NCBI GenBank assembly: GCA_965219535.1
Contig: CBDCNV010000002.1
Location: 1,440,001-1,472,000 of the forward strand
Length of the DNA: 32,000 nt
Reading direction: 5' to 3'
Origin: Opitutales bacterium
GTDB taxonomy: Bacteria; Verrucomicrobiota; Verrucomicrobiia; Opitutales; PNEW01
Positions within the stretch are counted from its first letter, which is position 1; each line of letters begins with the position of its first letter. The position numbers and the translations under genes were made by a program. Under the pieces are notes generated by a model, which made no database searches, had not been told where the DNA came from, and worked only from the letters and a program-made list of their open reading frames with translations. This document shows, one piece after another, positions 1-8,512 of the stretch.

Positions 1-108
1 TCAGGCGACGGTCCCGAGACGATTGAAGGCGACACTCCGAATTTGTACGGACTTGAAGCGGACAAAGTGGCCGAGGGTGTAGGGGCGGCGAAGAGGGAAT
101 CACCCGCC

Positions 109-1167
109 ATGAGCTGGGAAGATTCACTTGGGAACATGGAGACCCTGGACAGGTGGCGAGAAGCTATTGGTCTGGACTATCCGAAAGAAAGAATAACCTC
201 CAAACGGCCCACCATTCACGGTCGGCCACTGAAAAAACTAACGGGCGCGCCCCTTACCTACGGACGGGTCGAAGGTATTGATAAACCCATATCCCGCCTC
301 GTCATGGGAGTGGATAACCAGGAGAACCTGTCCCACGCCTCCATCATGTTTGATGATTTCATCGAACAGGGCGGCAACTGTTTCGACACCGCCTATATCT
401 ACGGTCGCGGCATGCGGGAAAAGCTGCTCGGTCAGTGGATGAGAAATCGCGGCATCCGCGAAGATATCGTTCTTATCGTCAAGGGCTCACACAGTCCTCT
501 TAACTTTCCGGAGTACGCCACAAAACAACTCTTCGAGAGCCTGGAGCACCTGCAGACCGACTACGCGGACATCTATTTTCTGCACCGGGACAATCTGGAT
601 CTTCCTGCGGGGGATTTCGTCGAGGTTCTCAACGAACACTATCGAGCCGGACGCATTAAGGCATTTGGTGGATCCAACTGGACGACCGAACGCATCGACG
701 AAGCCAACGCTTACGCCGATGAACATGGACTACAGCGGTTCACGGTGTGGAGCAACAACTTCAGCCTGGCGCGTATGGTCAATCCAGTCTGGGCCGGCTG
801 CATTGCAGCTTCCGACTCGAAATCCCGGAAATGGTTAGAGAAGAATCAAATGCCACTCTTCCCCTGGTCGAGTCAGGCGCGTGGCTTCTTTACAGATCGC
901 GCAGGGCCCGATAAACGGGACGACGAGCTCTTGGTCAGCAGTTGGTATTCAAAGGATAACTTTAAAAGACGCGAAAGAGCGATCGAGCTCGCTGAGAAAA
1001 AAGGCGTCCTCCCCATCAACATCGCGCTGGCCTACGTCCTCTGTCAGCCTTTCCCCACCTTCCCACTCTTCGGTCCGCGCGTCCTCAGTGAAACCCGCAC
1101 CTCCATCCCCGCCGTAAATATCTCCCTTACCCCCGAGGAACTCCAGTATCTAAATCTGGAAGCGTAA
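109..1167 (+). CDS. aldo/keto reductase family oxidoreductase
   Basis: Long frame-1 ORF with AKR-type motifs (GNCFDTAYIYGRG, IVLIVKGSH, IYFLHRDN, FGGSNW). ATG at 109 has GAGGG 11 nt upstream. The ORF-track start at 43 is TTG. The frame has no stop back to nt 1, so an upstream start or N-terminal fusion beyond the window edge cannot be excluded. Confidence 0.75.
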   Translation: MSWEDSLGNMETLDRWREAIGLDYPKERITSKRPTIHGRPLKKLTGAPLTYGRVEGIDKPISRLVMGVDNQENLSHASIMFDDFIEQGGNCFDTAYIYGRGMREKLLGQWMRNRGIREDIVLIVKGSHSPLNFPEYATKQLFESLEHLQTDYADIYFLHRDNLDLPAGDFVEVLNEHYRAGRIKAFGGSNWTTERIDEANAYADEHGLQRFTVWSNNFSLARMVNPVWAGCIAASDSKSRKWLEKNQMPLFPWSSQARGFFTDRAGPDKRDDELLVSSWYSKDNFKRRERAIELAEKKGVLPINIALAYVLCQPFPTFPLFGPRVLSETRTSIPAVNISLTPEELQYLNLEA

Positions 1168-1252
1168 GAGAGTGAACAGCCGTCGTCGCTTCGCTATGAC
1201 GTGCCAAGGTGAACAGTGAAAGAGCGCTTATGCGCGTGTTAAGTTTTAGGTG

Positions 1253-2648
1253 TTAAGTGTTAGGTTAGGGTCGGTACAACCAGGACATGGTTTACAGATT
1301 TAGATCAAGACATGGTTTACACTTTGTGAGGGATGCTGAACGGTAATCGGGTTATATAGTTAAGTTAATGTTATGCGGTTTTAGAGGTTTGGCTGGCATT
1401 GTTGGGGCCGCAAGCGGCCCCAATGAAAGCAGCCGTTGAAAGGTCAATCTGACCGATTCTGAGAGTGGCAAAGTAAACATCGAAGTGTACCGTGTCTAGT
1501 GGTTTTAGTCCAACGCTCCAACCGGCGAGGGCGGTGGAGATAGGAATCTGGAAGCCATCGAGTTTGATAGACCCGCTTTTTGAGACCCGGCGAGTCATCA
1601 AATCATAGCTGATATCGGCAGGAGTGCCACCGTAAGGATGAGAGCTGTGCTGATAGATTTCAGAGGGCGTGCTCATGGCAAGAGCCGCATGGGGGCGTTC
1701 TTCATTGAAGGTCTTGCGCCACAGATCGAAGGCCACCTGTTGGGTGCGAAGATCGTCCTGGGCATGTTTTTGCAACTCCTCTTTGATATCGCGATGGAGA
1801 CGCTCATGGGCACCGTTATCCTGGGGTTTACCCGGACGTCCACGCTCGAGATTGATCCCTAAGGCCAGCCACCAGGCCGCCAGTTTGCTCAGGCCCAGGA
1901 CCGCATTGGCACTGGCAAAGGGACTGCCGTTGTCGCTGCGGATGCAAGCGGGAAGTCCATAGCGTTCAAAGAGTTTTGTGAAGCATTCACGCACCGCTTC
2001 GCTACGGGCTGAACTGAGCACCCGCACCTCTAATACATAGCGGCTCCATTCATCCCGTACCGTCAAAGGTTCACAACGGTTGCCATCAACGGTGTGCCAC
2101 CACCCTTTGAAGTCTACGCTCCACACTTCGTTACAGCCACTGGCCTTGACGCTGCGGTAAAGGCGTCCGCTTTTTTGAGCGCTTCTGCGCCGACGCTTTT
2201 GCACCAGTCCCGCACGTTCCAAGACCCGTTTCACGCTCGAGTCTGAGGGGGCCTTCCCGTAACGCCTCTGGTAAAGCTCGCGGATCTTGTAGGGGCCCCA
2301 CGTCGGGTGATGATGCTTGAGTTTGATCAGCGTACATACTACTGATTCGGATAGTTCCTGAACACTTCCATGCGGTCGGCGTGAGCGCTCGTGCAACCCC
2401 TCCATCCCTTCGCTCAGGAAGCGCTTCTTCCATTTATACCCTGTCGGTCGGCTGATCCCGTAGTCTTCACACAGCTCGTTCATCTTTACTCCCGGTTGCA
2501 TCGATTCCAGGGCGAATTGGTATCTTTGGTCCATTTTATTTGTTTCCTTCCATGACATCATACCCCTTACTTAGCATCCTTCTTTCTTTGGCAATCTGTA
2601 AAGGATGTCCTGAACCTTTTGTGTAAAGAATGTCTTGAACCTATACCG
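1253..2648 (-). mobile_element. IS481-like insertion sequence, copy 1 (element proper probably 1272..2648)
   Basis: 1396-nt block identical by eye to 8513..9908 (offset 7260). Short terminal inverted repeat CGGTACA (1272) / TATACCG (2642-2648). Two subterminal ARGACATNNTTTACA boxes at each end. Single DDE transposase ORF. No target-site duplication discernible. Confidence 0.85.
1371..2561 (-). CDS. DDE transposase (HTH + rve/integrase-core), IS481-like
   Basis: 396-aa ORF. N-terminal HTH (ELCEDYGISRPTGYKWKKRF). DDE core WSVDFKG ... IRSDNGSPF ... NGAHERLHRDIK. Identical copy at 8631..9821. Confidence 0.85.
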   Translation of the reverse strand: MMSWKETNKMDQRYQFALESMQPGVKMNELCEDYGISRPTGYKWKKRFLSEGMEGLHERSRRPHGSVQELSESVVCTLIKLKHHHPTWGPYKIRELYQRRYGKAPSDSSVKRVLERAGLVQKRRRRSAQKSGRLYRSVKASGCNEVWSVDFKGWWHTVDGNRCEPLTVRDEWSRYVLEVRVLSSARSEAVRECFTKLFERYGLPACIRSDNGSPFASANAVLGLSKLAAWWLALGINLERGRPGKPQDNGAHERLHRDIKEELQKHAQDDLRTQQVAFDLWRKTFNEERPHAALAMSTPSEIYQHSSHPYGGTPADISYDLMTRRVSKSGSIKLDGFQIPISTALAGWSVGLKPLDTVHFDVYFATLRIGQIDLSTAAFIGAACGPNNASQTSKTA

Positions 2649-2695
2649 ATGTCGCTATCGGGTATCGGTATCGAAATCGAAATCGGTATTGGGTT

Positions 2696-2762
2696 GGAAG
2701 ATGTCGGGCTATACCCTCGGTATACCGTTCAGGGTGGAAGATGTCGAGATGCGCTCTCGGTA
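2696..2762 (-). repeat. two REP-like hairpin units, reverse orientation (2696-2722, 2736-2762)
   Basis: GGAAGATGTCG-N9-CTCGGTA twice, 40 nt apart. This is the reverse complement of the TACCGAG-stemloop-CGACATCYYCC unit seen at nine other sites. Confidence 0.8.
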
Positions 2763-2807
2763 CAGGGGAGTAGAGGAGAAAAGACAAGTCGAGAAATTAT
2801 CAAAAAG

Positions 2808-2873
2808 CTACCGAGGGCAAAGCCCGACATCCCCCAATCACTACCGAGGGCAAAGCCCGACATCCCCCAATTT
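2808..2873 (+). repeat. 33-bp tandem duplication carrying two REP-like hairpin units
   Basis: CTACCGAGGGCAAAGCCCGACATCCCCCAAT at 2808 and again at 2841 (period 33). Confidence 0.9.
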
Positions 2874-2990
2874 CAAATAATATCCAAGTTACAATTACTA
2901 AATAGCCAAACTGTCTTTTCGTTTATTTCATAAATTGGAATTTCCATCATTGGAATTTATTTGTGATTTGGTAATTGATGTTTGTTGCTT
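2868..2990 (+). repeat. ~125-bp AT-rich module, copy a
   Basis: CAA(T)TTCAAATAATATCCAAGTTACAATTACTAAATAGCCAAACTGTCTTTTCG...TTGGAATTTCCATCATTGGAATTTATTTGTGATTTGGTAATTGATGTTTGTTGCTT. Aligns along its length with 3680-3808 and 20939-21061. Confidence 0.85.
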
Positions 2991-3010
2991 TTAAATTCTA
3001 CGTTTGACCC
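2990..3010 (+). promoter_or_regulatory. conserved 21-nt upstream motif TTTAAATTCTACGTTTGACCC (copy 1)
   Basis: Exact 21-mer, 33 nt upstream of the GNAT ATG (3044) and in the same orientation as the gene. Confidence 0.5.
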
Positions 3011-3043
3011 GTTTCGACTTTCATGAAAGAGGATTATTGAAAG

Positions 3044-3592
3044 ATGAGATTGAAATCAAAGATCGGCGAGGAGTTTATTTTGCGCGAAATATCTGACTTA
3101 GATTCAGAACTACTTGGTCAATATTTCGAATCATTATCAGCTGAAACGCGAAGAAGGTATGGCCCGCATCCGTTCACAAAAGAAATTGCCGGTGAACTTT
3201 GCACAAGAAAGCATGACAGTGCTAAGAGATTTGTTCTCACTCTTGTGGATAACACACGTTTCGTTGGGTATTTCATTTTAGAATTTCAAATGCACAAAGA
3301 TTTACTAAATCGCTATAAAGAAGAGGGAATTGTTCTTACAGATGGCAAAAATCCGTTGTTTGCACCTTCGATTGCAGATGACTATCAAAATACTGGATTA
3401 GCATCATTAGCAATGCCAGGTCTCATCAAAGCCGCGAAAGATCTTGGCGCAAAAAGTTTAGTATTAATGGGCGGAACTCAAGCGACTAATAAAAGAGCAA
3501 TCGCGTTTTATAAAAAGTTTGGCTTTGTGCATGTTTGTGATTTTGAAAATAAGTCCGGTCTCAATTATGATATGTGGTTGAGATTAGGTTAG
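3044..3592 (+). CDS. GNAT family N-acetyltransferase
   Basis: 182-aa ORF, AAGAGG 11 nt upstream. Acetyl-CoA-binding-type motif QNTGLASLAM ... NKRAIAFYKKFGF. Confidence 0.7.
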   Translation: MRLKSKIGEEFILREISDLDSELLGQYFESLSAETRRRYGPHPFTKEIAGELCTRKHDSAKRFVLTLVDNTRFVGYFILEFQMHKDLLNRYKEEGIVLTDGKNPLFAPSIADDYQNTGLASLAMPGLIKAAKDLGAKSLVLMGGTQATNKRAIAFYKKFGFVHVCDFENKSGLNYDMWLRLG

Positions 3593-3653
3593 AGAGGTTT
3601 ACCGTTCAAGGTTCACGGTTGAAAGAATGTTTTATCCTTTAGGATCAATCCGC

Positions 3654-3680
3654 TACCGAGGGCAAAGCCCGACATCTCCC
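3654..3680 (+). repeat. REP-like hairpin unit
   Basis: TACCGAGGGCAAAGCCCGACATCTCCC, preceded by the leader CCTTTAGGATCAATCCGC (3636-3653). Confidence 0.8.
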
Positions 3681-3808
3681 AATCGCAAATCACAAATTTC
3701 AAATAATATCCAAATTACAATTACTAAATAACCAAACTGTCTTTTCGTATATTGGTATTTCCATAATTGGAATTTATTTGTGATTTGGTATTTGATTTTT
3801 TGGTGCTT
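3680..3808 (+). repeat. ~125-bp AT-rich module, copy b
   Basis: Aligns with 2868-2990 and 20939-21061. Has a small insertion (CGCAAATCACAAAT) near its start and a short deletion in the middle. Confidence 0.8.
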
Positions 3809-3817
3809 AGCCAGTTG

Positions 3818-5134
3818 TCAGCGCTCTTCTACATTTTGACTTTTTGACTTTTTGACCTTTTGACGCGCATGACGCGCATATTCGTGCGCCACCGGCACTT
3901 TGATATGTGCATTGATATCTTGCACGGATTCTGGATTTTCCTCCTCTTGCTTAAATCCCCACAGCGTGCGTGCATGAGCTGCTTCGGCCCGATCGAGCAC
4001 CGGCTGTTGCAAGGTGTCACGTTCATCGGGACAGAGATGCCGCATCAACGGTTGTAGTTCAGGGGGCAGGGCTTGATACTCTGCGTGGTTAAGCGGACGG
4101 CATACGTGGTAGACATTGTACTTGTCTCCCGGGGCGAAGTCGTCGACGGACAACCACCAGGGGCACCAGCGATTCACCACCGCAACCCTTTCCCGACCAC
4201 TTGGATTGTGCCTGGCAGTCGCGTGCCAGCAACGTGAATCCTGGATATAGACAGACCCCGCTGGCGCGGATACTTGCATATCGCCGGGAATGGGCGCGGA
4301 AACCGAAATACCATCGTTCGGACCCCGTGGATTCCGCTTGTCCTTATGCGAACCCGGCACGATCCACGTGCCCCCCGAATTTTCATCGACATCGGTTAGA
4401 TACCAGATCATCACCAGGCACATGGTTACGTCGGGGCAGGGCTGGCGGATGCAGCCGGTATTAAGATAGGGGTCTTTATTGCCGTAAGCTGAAAGGTCGT
4501 GGGGCCAGTCTGTGTGCCAGCCGCGCTTTTCCGAACCTCGCATTTTCTTGAATTCGTCTACTCCCTCATTCTCGATAAATGCATCGTCGTTCTTAATGTG
4601 TCGGGTATGCATCTGCGCGATTCGAATATGGTCATCGAGAACGTGGCGTGCCACAGCGGTAGTTACCGGGTTGGCGAGATGCCGGGCGTACTGGGGCATC
4701 CAGATAATAATGTCGGGAGGTTTGGGAGGATGCCCGACTTTGCGCACTCGCCTTAACTCCACGTTGTTTGCCGCGGCCTTGCCGCTGAGTAATTCCTCTG
4801 CGTTCGCACCCTCTTGATCAAACAGGTCTTTAATGCCCTGAATATTGCGTTTAGCAGTTTCATCTGCCGCCTTAACTTCTTCGCGAATGGCGTCCACCTC
4901 GTCAGATGGTATCACATGGTCGACGACACAGAAACCGTATCGATCGAGTGAATCGGCACAACCCGCTACCACATCCTCAACGGACATCTTTGCGGAATCG
5001 AATGCATAGGCTCGAGTGCGGATAAGGTCTGCACTGACGGCCTCAGGGTCGATGGCCGATGCCAGGAGATCGCGGGTCTCCTGCAGCTCACGTTCCAGGC
5101 GCTCTACATTGGATTGTAATTCATTGATATCCAT
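3818..5134 (-). CDS. phytanoyl-CoA dioxygenase (PhyH) family Fe(II)/2OG oxygenase with N-terminal coiled-coil-like extension
   Basis: 438-aa ORF. HxD motif in GWHTDWPHD and distal His in RCWHATARHN. The last ~20 codons (HARQKVKKSKSQNVEER) are encoded by the reverse (GGTCAAAA)n/GCGC repeat module. Confidence 0.75.
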   Translation of the reverse strand: MDINELQSNVERLERELQETRDLLASAIDPEAVSADLIRTRAYAFDSAKMSVEDVVAGCADSLDRYGFCVVDHVIPSDEVDAIREEVKAADETAKRNIQGIKDLFDQEGANAEELLSGKAAANNVELRRVRKVGHPPKPPDIIIWMPQYARHLANPVTTAVARHVLDDHIRIAQMHTRHIKNDDAFIENEGVDEFKKMRGSEKRGWHTDWPHDLSAYGNKDPYLNTGCIRQPCPDVTMCLVMIWYLTDVDENSGGTWIVPGSHKDKRNPRGPNDGISVSAPIPGDMQVSAPAGSVYIQDSRCWHATARHNPSGRERVAVVNRWCPWWLSVDDFAPGDKYNVYHVCRPLNHAEYQALPPELQPLMRHLCPDERDTLQQPVLDRAEAAHARTLWGFKQEEENPESVQDINAHIKVPVAHEYARHARQKVKKSKSQNVEER

Positions 5135-5154
5135 TTTAATCGCTGGAGTGGATT

Positions 5155-5197
5155 AAAAGGTCAAAAGGTCAAAAAGTCAAAAGGTCAAAAAGTTGAC
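5155..5197 (+). repeat. (GGTCAAAA)n tandem array
   Basis: AAAAGGTCAAAAGGTCAAAAAGTCAAAAGGTCAAAAAGTTGAC. Reverse copies at 3834-3864 and 24907-24930. Short copies at 10171-10188 and 10221-10233. Confidence 0.9.
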
Positions 5198-5226
5198 GCC
5201 AAACACTGACGCGAGTGTTTTAATTC

Positions 5227-5266
5227 AGTCTAAAGTCAAAGGTCTAAGGTCGAAGGCGGGGAGGGG
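5227..5266 (+). repeat. AGTCTAAAGTCGAAGGTCGAAAGTCGAAAGCGGGG-type module
   Basis: One of seven copies: 5227-5266, 6844-6878, 9973-10008, 20848-20888, 30188-30220, 31467-31498, and reverse 17688-17715. Confidence 0.9.
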
Positions 5267-5332
5267 AAGTGAAAAATGAAAAGTGAACAGTGAGAGAGTT
5301 GCGTATAATATTTAACGGAGTTTATTATATTT

Positions 5333-5385
5333 CCCTGAACCCTGAACCCTGAACCCTGTACCGAGAGCGTAGCTCGACATCTTCC
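5333..5385 (+). repeat. (CCCTGAA)n array fused to a REP-like hairpin unit
   Basis: CCCTGAACCCTGAACCCTGAACCCTG followed by TACCGAGAGCGTAGCTCGACATCTTCC. The mirror-image arrangement is at 22398-22438. Confidence 0.85.
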
Positions 5386-5429
5386 AACCCTACACCTGAT
5401 GCTCTTCCGTTAGGATCAATCGACAATCG

Positions 5430-5456
5430 TACCGAGGACGAAGTCCGACATCTTCC
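5430..5456 (+). repeat. REP-like hairpin unit
   Basis: TACCGAGGACGAAGTCCGACATCTTCC, preceded by the leader TCCGTTAGGATCAATCGAC (5406-5424). Confidence 0.8.
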
Positions 5457-5480
5457 AAATCGAAAATCGGCAATCGATGG

Positions 5481-6350
5481 TCACGATGGTGGCTTAAAGC
5501 GTCGGTTGCGGGAAGCTGTTGTCGCACCACCGGATTCTGGCCAGGGACCTCCAAGGTGTCCCTCAGACCGGAGGGGCATGGCGGCATTGCCTGCGATGTG
5601 GTTCCAGGTTCTTACCCGGAGATCATGGTCGGTCCCGTACTCATTCCTGGAAAGTGTCGACGGGTGTTCGTTATCTAAGCGCACCCGCACATCGGGAATA
5701 TTCCCGGCGTCGTGATCCCAGGACGGTTCAGTATTCTCCTCGGTTCTCGAGTAGAGGAACTTGAACATGTAGCGCACCCGGTCGCTTCGGTTGCCCGTGC
5801 CCGCATGCCAGATGTCGTAATGAGTCAGGAGGACAGAACCGGCGTTGACCGTCGAAAACACCTGGCCTTTTAAATTCACAAGCGTGACCATAGTTTCAGG
5901 CGCAGCAACGCGCCTCTGACTGCCCGGCAGCAACACCGTGGGCCCCATGTCTTCAGTTACGTCCTGTGGATAATACATTAGCATCACGTGTTTGATGTGA
6001 TCGATATCCCTGTCCTGGTGACCCCTCCCGAAACGCTCGTCCTGGTGCCAGGGCTGGGCGCGTGTTTTGGGAGGGTTCATGTGAATGTGTCCACCCGGAT
6101 CTTTGAAGAAGCCCGGACCGAGCAGGCTGGTTAATGCACCGACGACCGAGGGGTGCTCCAGTACTACCGAGATTTTTGGCAATGCCTCGACGATACGCTC
6201 ACCTGGGTTTTCGGGCATCTTTCGGAGGCTATCACAGATCTCATCGTTGTAACCCGAAGGCAGATCTGGCTCGACGATGTGATACCCGCTGATGATGAAC
6301 GAAGCGACCTCGTCATCATTTAACAGGTTCGAGTTGTTACTTCTATTCAT
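5481..6350 (-). CDS. phytanoyl-CoA dioxygenase (PhyH) family protein
   Basis: 289-aa ORF. PWHQDERF (HxD) and DIWHAGTGNRS (distal His). Its start overlaps the stop of the upstream small ORF by 8 nt. Confidence 0.75.
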   Translation of the reverse strand: MNRSNNSNLLNDDEVASFIISGYHIVEPDLPSGYNDEICDSLRKMPENPGERIVEALPKISVVLEHPSVVGALTSLLGPGFFKDPGGHIHMNPPKTRAQPWHQDERFGRGHQDRDIDHIKHVMLMYYPQDVTEDMGPTVLLPGSQRRVAAPETMVTLVNLKGQVFSTVNAGSVLLTHYDIWHAGTGNRSDRVRYMFKFLYSRTEENTEPSWDHDAGNIPDVRVRLDNEHPSTLSRNEYGTDHDLRVRTWNHIAGNAAMPLRSEGHLGGPWPESGGATTASRNRRFKPPS

Positions 6351-6612
6351 CGATATCCACTAACTGATCCAGAATGAACTCGTAGCCGAACACGCCGACC
6401 GCTTCTGGATCGACATCCGCTCGCTGGGCCGGGAAGCTGACTACCCGCCAGCCGTCCAGAATGGCACCGTGCACGGTCTCGTATGGCATCTCTATGCCGG
6501 CTTCGATCTGTGGGGCATCAGACTCCACAGGTTCGTGGACGGCAAATCCAACGACGGGGGCTCTCAGGCTCCTCGATACGGCGTTCAAATAGAGAATTCT
6601 CTGTCGTTTCAT
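6343..6612 (-). CDS. hypothetical small protein (89 aa), possibly translationally coupled to the PhyH gene
   Basis: ORF with balanced, non-repeat composition. It ends ...GATGAATAG, which contains the ATG of the next gene. No recognisable motif. Confidence 0.45.
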   Translation of the reverse strand: MKRQRILYLNAVSRSLRAPVVGFAVHEPVESDAPQIEAGIEMPYETVHGAILDGWRVVSFPAQRADVDPEAVGVFGYEFILDQLVDIDE

Positions 6613-6654
6613 GAGGACGGATTACTCACTCAATCATGACCGGAATATGACAAG

Positions 6655-6675
6655 GGGTCAAACGTAGAATTTAAA
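6655..6675 (-). promoter_or_regulatory. conserved 21-nt upstream motif (copy 2, reverse strand)
   Basis: Exact reverse complement of TTTAAATTCTACGTTTGACCC, 42 nt upstream of the start at 6612 and oriented with that minus-strand gene. Confidence 0.5.
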
Positions 6676-6713
6676 GAGCGCTGACATAGCGCTGACGCGC
6701 GTGTTAAGTGTTA

Positions 6714-6757
6714 GGTATCGGTATCGAAATCGGGATCGAGTATCGAAATCGAGTATC
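6714..6757 (+). repeat. ATCGNN hexamer array
   Basis: GGTATCGGTATCGAAATCGGGATCGAGTATCGAAATCGAGTATC. Other arrays at 2661-2689, 9906-9925, 10095-10141 and 15029-15072. Confidence 0.9.
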
Positions 6758-6921
6758 CCTTCGACTGCGCTCAGGGCAGGCGGGTGTCAGGATTTAGTAA
6801 ACAGTGAACAGTGAAAGAGCGCTGACGCGCGTGTTTTAAAATTAGTCTAAAGTCGAAGGTCAAAAGTCGAAAGCAGGGAAGAATCTAATACATAGCCTGA
6901 CTTCATTTGAGTTTCTTGACA

Positions 6922-6942
6922 TTTAAATTCTACGTTTGACCC
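6922..6942 (+). promoter_or_regulatory. conserved 21-nt upstream motif (copy 3)
   Basis: Exact 21-mer, 92 nt upstream of ATG 7035. Followed by CTTTTCCCCTTACC. Confidence 0.5.
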
Positions 6943-7034
6943 CTTTTCCCCTTACCATTTTTATACCCCTAAACATTTCGATGATAAACGCATTCTGTAT
7001 GAGAAGTGTGAATCGTTCGCTAGAGATCTAACGC

Positions 7035-8444
7035 ATGTATACTCCTATCTGGATTAAGATCCCGGCAGGTAAATTTTGGATGGGTAGTGATCCAGCGGGC
7101 GATGTCGTACCTTACGAGAACGAAATCCCGAGACATCGGGTGCATGTCGATGAATTTCAGCTCGCACGTACGCACGTAACGAATGCTCAATACGCAGAAT
7201 TCGTCAGGAAATCCGGTTATCAAGCGCCTGGGCATTGGCTGAATGGAAAAATTCCTGAGGGCCTATCCGATCATCCGGTCACCTATGTTGACTGGCACGA
7301 TGCCCTGGCATTTTGTCAGTGGGCAGGTGTGCGACTGCCAACTGAAGCCGAATGGGAGAAGGCTGCGCGCAGCGACGATGCGCGGCTCTGGCCCTGGGGC
7401 AATCATCCACCCGATGCTCACCGTTGCAATTTTGCCAAACATATCTTTACAACCAGCCCGGTACACACATTTCTTCAGAGCGCCAGTCCGTATGGTGCAT
7501 TGGACATGGCCGGCAATGTCTGGGAATGGACAAGCAGCCTTACCCGCGCGTATCCATACAATAAGAATGACGGTCGAGAAAATCCAGCATTGGGTGAATC
7601 ACGAATTGTACGTGGCGGATCCTACACGCATGACGCACGCAATATTCGTGCTGCTGATCGGCACTCTTTTGTGCCCGGTACGAGAGGAGTATATCTCGGT
7701 TTTCGCGTTGCTCGCACGAGTCCTTCGAGAACCACGCGCTTAACTTTTGAGTGGGTCGATATTCCTTCGGGCGAATTTCAGATGGGCAACGATACGCGTG
7801 TCTTTCACGATCTGGCATTACCCAATGAATGCCCCTACCACGAGATTTCGTTAGAGGAATTTTATATAGCTCAGACACCGGTCACCAACGCGGAATATGA
7901 AAAGTTTGTGCGCGCTACCAATCATTTAGTCCCTGCTCATTGGATCGAAGGCGACATTCCACAAGGAAACGAAAATCATCCCGTGACGAATGTATCCTGG
8001 GACAGCGCTCAGGATTTTTGTGAATGGGCAAATGTACGTTTGTCAACCGAAGCGGAATGGGAAATGGCAGCACGAGGTCCAGGTTTGGGAAACGTGCGTG
8101 TTTATCCATGGGGCGACGAAATACCGCAAGAACCATGTGCAAATTATGCACGGGATGTAAAAACACATTCAACAACACCGGTCGATCAATTCCCCGGTGG
8201 CGCAAGTCCGTACGGCGTATACGACATGGCAGGTAATGTATGGGAGTGGACGAGCAGTGTGTTAGCGGACTATCCGTACTGCATCAATGATGGGCGCGAG
8301 GATTTAATGTCGCGCGCACACCGGGTATTGCGTGGGGGATCGTTTTACAGTCCGAGTGAAAGTTATATCCGTTGTGCAGCGCGCAGTTCGAGTTATCCAC
8401 AGCGCCGACGCGATCATATCGGATTTCGCATTGCAAAAAAGTAG
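7035..8444 (+). CDS. tandem double FGE-sulfatase-fold (SUMF1/EgtB/PvdO-type) domain protein
   Basis: 469 aa with two homologous halves (about aa 5-228 and 240-468). Each half has the motifs NE.P.H.V, VTNA.Y..F, HPVT.V.W, EAEWE.AAR, SPYG..DMAGNVWEWTS, RGGS and GFR(V/I)A. Confidence 0.8.
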   Translation: MYTPIWIKIPAGKFWMGSDPAGDVVPYENEIPRHRVHVDEFQLARTHVTNAQYAEFVRKSGYQAPGHWLNGKIPEGLSDHPVTYVDWHDALAFCQWAGVRLPTEAEWEKAARSDDARLWPWGNHPPDAHRCNFAKHIFTTSPVHTFLQSASPYGALDMAGNVWEWTSSLTRAYPYNKNDGRENPALGESRIVRGGSYTHDARNIRAADRHSFVPGTRGVYLGFRVARTSPSRTTRLTFEWVDIPSGEFQMGNDTRVFHDLALPNECPYHEISLEEFYIAQTPVTNAEYEKFVRATNHLVPAHWIEGDIPQGNENHPVTNVSWDSAQDFCEWANVRLSTEAEWEMAARGPGLGNVRVYPWGDEIPQEPCANYARDVKTHSTTPVDQFPGGASPYGVYDMAGNVWEWTSSVLADYPYCINDGREDLMSRAHRVLRGGSFYSPSESYIRCAARSSSYPQRRRDHIGFRIAKK

Positions 8445-8512
8445 CCAACACAGATGAAGGGGAGAAGCGCTGACATAGCGCTGACGCATCAGCGCGTGTT
8501 AAGTGTTAGGTT

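Noticed and set aside
1272-2648. Target-site duplications for the IS481-like copies
   Set aside because: The flanks (..TTAGGGT / ATGTCGC.. and ..TTAGGGT / GTATCGA..) share no direct repeat that I can align. Nothing is claimed.
2696-2873. Possible CRISPR array, because the constant ~27-33-nt units recur at short spacing
   Set aside because: There are only two units per orientation. The 'spacers' are 4-13 nt or absent. The units also occur singly all over the window, and no cas genes are present. This is a dispersed REP-like repeat, not a CRISPR.
2619-2933. ORFs 2619-2933 and 2635-2880 (+)
   Set aside because: They lie entirely in the repeat mosaic (hexamer array, REP-like units, 33-bp tandem duplication). 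The translated products are repeat-derived low complexity (e.g. LPRAKPDIPQ twice).
5333-5358. Telomere-like repeat (CCCTGAA)n
   Set aside because: There are only about 3.5 units, it is internal to the contig, and it is part of the dispersed module set (mirror copy at 22421-22438). It is not a chromosome end.
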